A stretch of 64,000 nt of DNA from the IMG/VR virus record IMGVR_UViG_3300032783_000063, positions 1-64,000 of that record. One strand, given 5' to 3'. A program made the position numbers and the translations under genes. Within the stretch, counting starts at the first letter, position 1; each line of letters begins with the position of its first letter. The notes under the pieces are model-generated. The model saw only the letters and a list, made by a program, of their open reading frames with translations. It was not told the origin of the DNA and searched no databases. This stretch comes from a virus. This document shows, piece by piece, positions 56,217-64,000 of this stretch.

Positions 56217-58148
56217 ATGAGTGCCAGCAAGAAAGAAACCGCCGCGATGGACGCCATCGTCATGACCATCCGGTTCCTCTGGCGCTGGCACTCCGGCTAC
56301 CCCCTCCACGGCCCCCACGGCAAATTCCGCACCGACGCCACCTGGTCAAAAGACGCAAAAAACGTCCTCCACCCGATCCCAGGCGGATACGCGCCCCGGT
56401 GGCATCACCTCCGCTGGCGCCGCCGCGGCCTCTACCGCTCCGCCGCCACCTGGACTGTCATCGGCGCCATCTACGGGTACCTCACCGCACCCGCCGTCAC
56501 CCTGGCCATCATCGCTGCCGCCACTGCGGCAGCAGCCGGATACGGCACCTGGAAAGCCATCCGCGTCATCCGCACCTGGCAGTCCGAACGACACGAAATC
56601 AGGCCGCTGAAAGCCCGCCTCAAGCACCTCACCGGCTGGGAACCCGTCAGCATCACCATCGTCCGCGAAGACAACCCCGGCGGCAAGGACTGGCGGGAAC
56701 TCAAGATCGTAGACGTCGAGATCGAATGGCCAGTCGCCGCGCAGCTCGGCCCCCGCGACCAGCCCCTCATCCTCGAGGGCCTCACCGACCGCCTAGCCAT
56801 CGAAGCCCCCGAACAGGCCGGGTCAAAATTCAAAGGACGCAACCGGGTTGTCCGATACGTCCAGTCCGAGCCGCCTCCCGGCCTGATCGGCTGGGATCAC
56901 GTCGCTGAAGCCGTCGCCGGCGCCGACCGGAACGAGCTCGTGTTCGGCCTCGGCCGGCCCGAGGTGACGGGCAACAGGAAAACCTACGCGATCGTCAAGG
57001 CATCCCTGTCCACCGATAGCCCGCACCTCGCGTGCTCCGGCGGAACAGGCGGCGGGAAAACCAACCTGGGCGCGCTCATCATCCTCCAGGAACTGCACCG
57101 CGGCGCGATCCTCTTCAACATCGACCCCCGCTGGGACTCCCACCTGTGGTCTGAGGGCCTGCCCAACGTCATCTCCGCCCATTCCATCCCCGACGTTCAC
57201 AACGCCCTGGCCTGGCTCGGCGAAGAACTCCACCGCCGCTACCAGACCGTGTTCTACGCTTCCCGCGGCACCGGCCGCGCCAGGCCCAAGTGGGCCCGCA
57301 TCCTCGTCAACTGCGAAGAACTCAACTTCGGCATGCAGGACCTCAAGGACTACTGGACCGAGTGCCGCGCCGGCGACAAGAGCCTGCCGAAACGGTCCCC
57401 CGCGCTGAAAGCCCTCCAGGCCCTGTCCTGCGCCGGGCGGGCCGTCGACATCCACATCATGCTCTGGGCACAGATGCTCACCGTCGAATGCACCGGAGTG
57501 AAGGACTCCACCGTCCGCGCCAACGCCGGAATCAAAGCCATGGTCCGCTACGACACCAACAACTGGAACATGCAGATCGGCAAACGGTTCCCCATGCCCC
57601 CCGAGCCCACCGAGCCCGGCCGCATACAACTGGTAACCGCCCGCGGTGTCCAGGAAACCCAGGTCCCCTACCTGTGCCTCGACCAGGACAAGGGTGACGA
57701 AGAAGGCGACAAGGCAGTCGCATGGGCTCGCGAGTACGCCGTCAGCGGCCAAGTCGCAGCACTGCCCACAGGCAAGCACGGAATCCCCCAGAGACTGTGG
57801 CCGGTACCCATCGCCGAACCCGTCCTAGGACAACTGCAACTTTCGCAAAACGCGGACTCAACCCCAGGTCAGAACCCTGAGACGCCTAGGACAGTCTCAA
57901 CTGAGACACCCGCGATCGAAGCTCCGGTGACCCTTTCCGAGGCATGCGACGAGGAAACAGGGTTCCTCACGTGCGGTCTGATCGCCGCCCGCCGCGCCAG
58001 CACCCGGCCCGGATTCCCCCCGTCATGCGGACACAGGGGCGCAGCGAAGCTGTACTGGCCTGCCGACCTCCGCGCCAAGCTCGCGCGCCCCGACGACACC
58101 AGCCAGATAGCGGACAGTGACGACGATCAGCAGGACGGCGCGGCATGA
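56217..58148 (+). CDS. TraB-like FtsK/SpoIIIE DNA translocase
   Basis: N-terminal TMs, SPH..SGGTGGGKT Walker A, ILVNCEELN Walker B, GRAV..H...AQ, PGR, C-terminal winged-helix-like segment. Confidence 0.85.
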   Translation: MSASKKETAAMDAIVMTIRFLWRWHSGYPLHGPHGKFRTDATWSKDAKNVLHPIPGGYAPRWHHLRWRRRGLYRSAATWTVIGAIYGYLTAPAVTLAIIAAATAAAAGYGTWKAIRVIRTWQSERHEIRPLKARLKHLTGWEPVSITIVREDNPGGKDWRELKIVDVEIEWPVAAQLGPRDQPLILEGLTDRLAIEAPEQAGSKFKGRNRVVRYVQSEPPPGLIGWDHVAEAVAGADRNELVFGLGRPEVTGNRKTYAIVKASLSTDSPHLACSGGTGGGKTNLGALIILQELHRGAILFNIDPRWDSHLWSEGLPNVISAHSIPDVHNALAWLGEELHRRYQTVFYASRGTGRARPKWARILVNCEELNFGMQDLKDYWTECRAGDKSLPKRSPALKALQALSCAGRAVDIHIMLWAQMLTVECTGVKDSTVRANAGIKAMVRYDTNNWNMQIGKRFPMPPEPTEPGRIQLVTARGVQETQVPYLCLDQDKGDEEGDKAVAWAREYAVSGQVAALPTGKHGIPQRLWPVPIAEPVLGQLQLSQNADSTPGQNPETPRTVSTETPAIEAPVTLSEACDEETGFLTCGLIAARRASTRPGFPPSCGHRGAAKLYWPADLRAKLARPDDTSQIADSDDDQQDGAA

Positions 58149-59032
58149 CACGCCAACTCACCGAGATCGTGCTCGCCAGCCGTGACGACATCCCCGCCGT
58201 CCCCCTCGGGGCGTGGCGCACCAGCGAGATCTGGTGCCCAGTCGGCGCCCCGTTCGGCGCCTATCAGGCGTCGTCACGCGGCCGTATCCGCAGCGTCGAC
58301 CGCACCGCAGCCAACGGCCGCGCCTACAAGGGCGTAGTGCTCAGCGCGCGGCTCTCCCACCGCGGCCCGAGCGCGGGCACCAGGCACTCCTACGAGCAAG
58401 TCAACGTCACCGCCGGCGACGGCACGAAGCACACCAGGCCCGTCCACTGGCTTGTCACGCTCGCCTTCGAGGGCCCCAGGCCCGCAGGCCAGCCCGAGAC
58501 CCGCCACTACAACGACCAGCCGCTCGACAACAGGTGGGCCCCGGGCGCCACGAAAGAGGAACGGCAGGCCAACGGCGGGAACCTGGGCTACGGGTCGCGG
58601 GAGGACCAGGAACGCGACCAGGCCGAGAACAACCCGCCCGAGCCGAGGCCGCCGCGACCGGTCGTCCTCTGCGAGCCCCACGGCCGGCCCGTAGTCAACG
58701 GCAGCAAGGTCCGCTGCCAGGCGTGCATCGAGCAGCTGGGCATCGCCGGCGCCCGCCTCATCGCCTCGGGCCTCAGCCCGGCCGAGGCAGCTGAGCAGCT
58801 GGGCTACAGCTCGCCGGACGGCCTGGTGCGCCACGCCAAAAACCACGGCGGCCTGATCGAGACCATCACCTACTCGCTCGCCGGCGGGACACCGCCCGTG
58901 ATACTCGCCGGGGACCCTCCCGCGAGTGTTATACGCAACCACCCTGTGACCAGCGGAAACGTGCCGGATGGCGGCCGCCGCCGAGTGTCCCGGCTGAGGC
59001 GCCTGTTCCGCCAGGTCGGTGACTCACAGTGA
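58145..59032 (+). CDS. NUMOD4/HNH-like protein with C-terminal HTH
   Basis: EIW.PV, YQASSRGRIRS, VH.LV..AF.GPRP, RH.N...DNR. Confidence 0.75.
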   Translation: MTRQLTEIVLASRDDIPAVPLGAWRTSEIWCPVGAPFGAYQASSRGRIRSVDRTAANGRAYKGVVLSARLSHRGPSAGTRHSYEQVNVTAGDGTKHTRPVHWLVTLAFEGPRPAGQPETRHYNDQPLDNRWAPGATKEERQANGGNLGYGSREDQERDQAENNPPEPRPPRPVVLCEPHGRPVVNGSKVRCQACIEQLGIAGARLIASGLSPAEAAEQLGYSSPDGLVRHAKNHGGLIETITYSLAGGTPPVILAGDPPASVIRNHPVTSGNVPDGGRRRVSRLRRLFRQVGDSQ

Positions 59033-59339
59033 ACGCCGGCCTGACGTCACGCACAGTGAGCGGCCCGCTAATCCGATCGAACTGGAAACTCGCCCAAGAT
59101 CGTTCACCGCTAACCATAGTACGCAGCCACATAAGGGGCATAAGCGGGCGTTCTACGCTGGGGCGAGTTGCTCGCGGGGGGAGGCCCGCCGCGAAGCGGC
59201 GTAAAGGCGCGTGGCCTCCCCCCAAACCCGTCCCAGATGGGACAAACTGGGACACCCTTCTGGGACAGCCCAGGGAGACGAGTTGTTTGCTTGATATACA
59301 CAGCAAACCGGCTGCCGAGCCGAGTCACACACAGTGAGC
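59019..59339 (+). repeat. Cluster of short repeats
   Basis: GT(G/C)ACNCACAGTGA(A/G)C at 59019, 59046, 59324; TGGGACA at 59238, 59248, 59261 with inverted GTCCCA at 59230. Confidence 0.75.
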
Positions 59340-59378
59340 AACAAAAACAAAGGTCAGGTTCAAGGCAGGGGGACATCC

Positions 59379-59422
59379 TGTACACGTACATGGTTTCACG
59401 TGCCACGTACAGTGGGTATACT
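59379..59422 (+). promoter_or_regulatory. Promoter with repeated operator-like boxes
   Basis: TTTCAC-N17-TATACT; CACGTACA twice. Confidence 0.45.
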
Positions 59423-59462
59423 TACGCGCAGAGAGATTCACTCCCTAGCCAACAGAGAGGCC

Positions 59463-59882
59463 ATGTTGAACATCACGGTGTACCTGCCAGAAGAGATCGG
59501 CACCTGGGCGAAGAAAGCGGACCTGAACCTGAGTTACATGCTGCGACGAGCAGTAGAGGGCGAGCAGCACCGCCAGGCCGTGCGGATGAACCTGGGCGAC
59601 CAATCAGGCGTACACGAACTGGAGGTACAAGACAAGCACAAGCGGATCTACACCGCCAGGTTCCACGGCCGCCTGCTGACAGAGCATGACGGCGTAACGG
59701 CATACCTCAGCGACGACGGGAACATCTGGACATACGACGGCTCATCTTTCGACCTGTGCCCGCACGATGAGCCGTGGCTGGACCTGCAGGACTGGCCGCT
59801 AGATGACTATCTCACCGTGATGGAGGCCATCGGCGTGACAGGCGTCGTGGAGATCGGAAAAAGAAAGGGCATCGTCCCGTGA
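59463..59882 (+). CDS. CcdA-like RHH domain fused to an unknown domain
   Basis: NITVYLPEE...AK...LNLS..LR.AV. Confidence 0.6.
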   Translation: MLNITVYLPEEIGTWAKKADLNLSYMLRRAVEGEQHRQAVRMNLGDQSGVHELEVQDKHKRIYTARFHGRLLTEHDGVTAYLSDDGNIWTYDGSSFDLCPHDEPWLDLQDWPLDDYLTVMEAIGVTGVVEIGKRKGIVP

Positions 59883-59919
59883 CCACCAACATCAACTGTC
59901 AGGCGGGGGAGGTGCCCGC

Positions 59920-62262
59920 ATGAGCGGCCAGCGGTTCGTGGTCGCCTGCATCACCGTGTCATTGCTGGTGATCGTCACCCAGGTTCTGCTGTGCGTCCTG
60001 GGCGACGCCCGCCTGGCGCGGGCGTGGGCCGCCGGGTTCGCTGGCGTCGCAGTCGCATCCGGCCTCATGTATCTCCGCAGCCAGAGAGGCGGCCAACGAT
60101 GACCGCCATTGTGGCCGTGGACCGGCGGCAGCACGACAGTAGGGGGGGCATCGTCCCGTGAGCACACTCATCGTCGTCGCGGTCATCGTGTTCGTCTTGC
60201 TGCACGTCCTGGGCGCCGGACAGCATCACCGGCGCCGGTCACGCGGACTCCAGCCCAGGTTCTACTGGTCCTCGAAGTGGGGGCCGTACGGGTCGATCAA
60301 GATCGGGGGCTTTCGCATCGGTCACAAACTGTAGGGGGGGGGATTATCCCCTCTATTAACTACTAGATAGTCGTTTCAAGTCAAGGGAGCACGAATCATG
60401 TCATCTTGCCCGGGTTTGCATTGCCCAGGGTGCGGCGAGGTGGGGGCTGGCGGCCTGGTGGTCGCCGGTGTTGCCGCAGCGCTGGCTTATGAACTGGGTG
60501 CGACGATCGCCACGATCGCCGCACTCGTCCTGACCATCGCCGGTGTCACGACTCTCGTCGTCGTCGTGCTGATGGCCATCTTCCTGCGGAAGGTCCTGAA
60601 GGACACTGCGGGCCAGGAGCAGATCTTGCCGTTCGGTGAGGCGATGCGCCGGTCTGCGGCGGTGCGGGGGCCGTCGAATGCGGCGATCGGGCGGCGGCTG
60701 CGGGCGCTGGAGAACCGGCCTGCGCTGCATGTGCATCTGGGCGGCGAGCAGGACACCGCGCCGGTGTGGACGGCGCGCCAGCAGGCGACGGAGCGGAAGC
60801 AGCTGCCGGGCCGGTCGTGGCCGCGAGAGGACCAGCCGTGATCGTCCTGGCTGTGGCCGGGGTGGCCGTGCTGATCCTGTGGGCGGCGTTCGGGGATGTT
60901 GTTCTCTGGTCGCTGCTGGCCGCCGGGGTCGTGGTGGCCGCTGCCGGGGCGGTGTTCGCGGTGTGGTGGTGTCGGCGGACTGTGCCGCAGATCCGGCAGC
61001 CGTGGACTGGTGACATGACCCTGGACGTGCTCAAGGCGCGCGAGCTGGCTGAGGAGCATCCGGTGAAGGTGATCGAGGGCGTGTTCGAGGTGTCGGAGGA
61101 ACGGCTCCCGGCACGCAGGAAGAGAGCATGGACCGCTACCCCCAGTAATCAACCGAAGGGAACACACGCAGTGACCAAGCTCAGCGAATGCGACGACCGG
61201 CGGGACCGGTCTAGGCGATGAACATTCCAGTCACTCTGACCGGTTTGACTGCCGATGGCGAACTAGTGCCCTTTACCGGTTTCCCGACAGGTGTCCCCGG
61301 TCTTGTGGTCGCTAAGTCGGCCTTCCACCGTGACCCGCCACGGTATGCCGTGGTCCATGCCCGGTCAGGTCTGAGCCTTGGCTACTGCTTCACCGACCCG
61401 GAGGCTGCGCTCAGCTTCGCGCAGGCTGTCGGCTCCGTCGCCTGCTGGCGGCAGCCGGGACCTGCGGTACACGCCGCACTGCGAACCGATCGTTTCAAGG
61501 TGGCGCGAGAGCCATACCTGCGTGCGCGATGCCCTCATGGGCGTACTCGCGGAGCCCTGGATCACGACAACGGGGCAACGCTATGAGCGGCGAAGAGAAG
61601 GGATGCGTCATGAACTCCACGAAAGGAATCGATCAGATGAATGCAATATCCGGGCCAGCAGTGCGGGCCGCCCCGCAGCCCGATTTCCCGTCCACCGCCT
61701 ACGGTGTGCGCTTGACCTGGCTCGGTGAAGACGGTGGCATGGCCGCCGAAGGCCACGTCCCGCTGCTGCGGTTCGTCGCTGCCTGCAACCGTGTAGCGCG
61801 CACGGAGTGTGGTCTGCGGAACCTGGCAGACGAGCGAGGGTTCGCGCTGGACGATGTCCTGGACGTAGTCCGGCACGTCTGGGCCGTGACCGTCCCGCCA
61901 GAGGGCTGGTGCGAGTGGGCGGTCAGCTGGCAGGACGTCACGAAGGAAACTCCCGGCGCCATTCCCCTCACCGTCTACTGGCCGTAAGCGGACAGGGAGC
62001 ACGCAATGAGTGTGTATGACAAGGCTCTGGCGGCTCGGTGTGAGTTGTGCTGGGCGTCGCCGGGGACGGTGTGTCAGCGGCATCCGGCGGGGGTGCATGT
62101 GGGACGCTTCCCGGACACTACGGTCACAGGCCGGGATGCGTACCGGATCGTACTGGAGGCGGCAGCGTGATTCTCGATCTGGCCATGTTCGCGGTGGGGG
62201 TTGTCATGGGCTGGGGTGCGGCCTGGTGGATGGCGCGCCGCGATAGGAAGGACAAGTCATGA
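59920..62262 (+). other. Run of small genes, mostly membrane proteins (59920-60102, 60158-60334, 60398-60841, 60838-61221, 61218-61586, 61583-61987, 62168-62262)
   Basis: Coupled starts/stops; hydrophobic helices in most. Confidence 0.55.
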
Positions 62263-62909
62263 CGCGCACGGGCAACACCACCAGGTACACGGCGGCGGCT
62301 GCGCTGGCTGGCGTGTCACTCATCGCCGCCGTCATCTCCTACCTGCACGCCCTCGCCGTGGTCCGCGCGGTCGGCGCCACGCCGCCGGTGGTGTACCTGA
62401 TCCCGTTCCTCGCGGACCTGGTGATCCTGGGGGCGTCGGCGTCGCTGCTGGACGCAGCGTCGTCCGGGAAGGCGAAGCCGCGGCTGGCGGTGGTGTCGCT
62501 GGCGACGGGGGTTGGGGTGACTCTGGCGATGAACGTGGCGGCGGGGCTGGGTCATGGTGTGGCGGGCGGTCTGGTGGCGGGGTGGCCGGCGGTGGCGTTC
62601 GTGTTGTCGCTGGAGTCCCTGGCGGTGATCGTCCGCTCAAACAGCCGCGAGGCGGCGCGGGCGGCGCGGCAGAGTGCCGTGGCGCCTGTCATACACGACG
62701 ACAGGCCCGTCGCTCCCGCCACGGCCGAGCCTGCGCCGGTGGCGTCGGCGGCCGGGGACAACCATGAGGAGATCCGGCGGCTTCTCACCGCCGTCCCGCC
62801 GCTGTCGGTTTCCCAGATCGCTGACAGGGCGAATGTTTCCAAGTCCACGGTCCACCGGGTGAAGCGGCAGTCCCGCAACAACCGGCACGGCCTGTCCGCT
62901 GTCCGGTAG
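62259..62909 (+). CDS. DUF2637-like membrane protein with C-terminal HTH (SpdA-like)
   Basis: AAVISY.H, P...D, TLAMNV, VAGWPAVA...S.E; SVSQIADRANVSKSTVHR. Confidence 0.8.
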   Translation: MTRTGNTTRYTAAAALAGVSLIAAVISYLHALAVVRAVGATPPVVYLIPFLADLVILGASASLLDAASSGKAKPRLAVVSLATGVGVTLAMNVAAGLGHGVAGGLVAGWPAVAFVLSLESLAVIVRSNSREAARAARQSAVAPVIHDDRPVAPATAEPAPVASAAGDNHEEIRRLLTAVPPLSVSQIADRANVSKSTVHRVKRQSRNNRHGLSAVR

Positions 62910-62920
62910 GAGGGAACCCC

Positions 62921-63646
62921 ATGGACGGTCACATGCTGAAGCGGACCCTGGCCGTGCACCAGCGCATAGCCGACGCGTTCAACGATGACCGGTTCCCGGT
63001 ACGCGGCCCGAATACGCGGATGCTCGTTGTCACGGGCCTGTGGGTGGTCGGGATCGAGAGGCCCCCGCCTGGTGAGCGGTGGGATCGTGTCCGGGATCTG
63101 CTGCAGCTGAGTCCGTACGGGCTGCTGAACATGTTCAGGGAGGACGCACCTCGGTGGGCGCCGACTGACGAGCATGGCGTTGACCGACGCCGGGTGTGTG
63201 AGGCGCCGATGGTCCGCCGGTCCGGCCCGTGCGGGCAGTCTGAGTCGACTGCGTTCCGGGTGACTGATCCTGCTGATGGGACGTGGCGTATTGCCGGGTT
63301 CTGTAACCGGCACCGGGAGTATGCGGCGGCGGTGCAGCAGGCTGAGCGTGTCCGCCGCCAGTCCGGGACGTTGCCGGTGCCTGTGCCGAACACGGGAGGG
63401 CTGCTGCCGTGTTATCTCGGCGGTAAACGGGAAGCCTGGGCTGAGAATTATGCGCGTGCCCGGCCGGGGTGGCAGCCTCCTGCGGAGGGTTTGCGGGCGG
63501 ATGACTGGCCAGTCATGGCAAAGGTCGTAGCCAAGGCGGCGGCTCCGCAGCTGTCGCTGCTCGAGGGTGACGGTGAGACCGAGTTCCTGTTCGCTGATGG
63601 TACCGGCCCTCCTTCGCTGCGTCTTTTGCCCGGAGGTGCGGCGTAA
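62921..63646 (+). CDS. Hypothetical protein with Cys motif
   Basis: 241 aa, GGAGG RBS, CEAPM...CG...FC.RH. Confidence 0.65.
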   Translation: MDGHMLKRTLAVHQRIADAFNDDRFPVRGPNTRMLVVTGLWVVGIERPPPGERWDRVRDLLQLSPYGLLNMFREDAPRWAPTDEHGVDRRRVCEAPMVRRSGPCGQSESTAFRVTDPADGTWRIAGFCNRHREYAAAVQQAERVRRQSGTLPVPVPNTGGLLPCYLGGKREAWAENYARARPGWQPPAEGLRADDWPVMAKVVAKAAAPQLSLLEGDGETEFLFADGTGPPSLRLLPGGAA

Positions 63647-63680
63647 GACTGGCAGCCGACATGAGTAGAAAGGCATCACC

Positions 63681-64000
63681 ATGTGCAACCCCGTGACAAC
63701 CCTCAACCCGGACTGCCTCCTCGCCAAAGGCACGGCGAACGGCTACGAGTGGGAAGTCGTCAGCAACCCGCTTGGCTACCGCTGCGGCTATGTGCGCATC
63801 CCGGCCGGGCACCCGTGGCACGGCAAGGGCATCGACGACGTCAACCCGGACCCGTTCGTACATGGCGGCCTGAACTTCGCCCGGGCGGACACTGACTGCG
63901 GCAAGGGCGGCGGGGATGATGCGTGGTGGCTCGGATTCGATTGTGCCCATGCGGGGGACGCCCCGGACCCGGCGCTGCCAGGCCATGATCCTCACATGCT
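63681..64000 (+). CDS. Conserved phage hypothetical protein, truncated by window end
   Basis: GYRCGYVRIPAGHPW...VHGGLNF...WWLGFDCAHAGD; GAAAGG RBS. Confidence 0.65.
   Translation, partial: MCNPVTTLNPDCLLAKGTANGYEWEVVSNPLGYRCGYVRIPAGHPWHGKGIDDVNPDPFVHGGLNFARADTDCGKGGGDDAWWLGFDCAHAGDAPDPALPGHDPHM

Noticed and set aside
60331-60360. Rolling-circle double-strand origin (G-run hairpin)
   Set aside because: Hairpin is present but lacks a recognisable nick motif and no Rep gene is in the window
1-64000. tRNA, rRNA, integrase or att site
   Set aside because: None recognisable by eye; a tRNAscan/Infernal run would be needed to exclude them

Overview
High-GC actinobacterial temperate phage or prophage segment; no integrase, lysis cassette or core tail genes are visible in this window. 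The left ~39 kb is a minus-strand late operon in this order: HNH nuclease, repeat-rich putative cos region, DUF4417-like gene, TerS, TerL, portal (with a LAGLIDADG intein), HK97 protease, a GT2 gene, HK97 major capsid protein, then a ~24 kb insert, then the head-tail connector. The insert holds about eight further glycosyltransferase-like genes (GT2, GT4, GT17-like, RGP/STELLO-like), two SAM methyltransferases and several large beta-helix/fibre proteins. An inverted helicase-DNA methylase-MazG cassette splits the packaging module. The middle (39-49 kb) holds accessory genes: RHH regulators, a secreted LysM-Rpf-like muralytic enzyme, a CoiA-like nuclease, and a solo TnpB followed by a short repeated motif that may be a proto-array of guides. 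The right ~15 kb resembles an actinomycete conjugative element: GntR/UTRA repressors, WhiB, a VirD4-like coupling protein, a TraB/FtsK translocase, a DUF2637-like gene and small membrane proteins. Top candidates for new biology: (1) a large virion-glycosylation and head-fibre system with a possible three-site docking scaffold, (2) a TnpB with a multi-repeat RNA tail, (3) a phage-conjugative element hybrid. All family assignments are by motif recognition, not database search.
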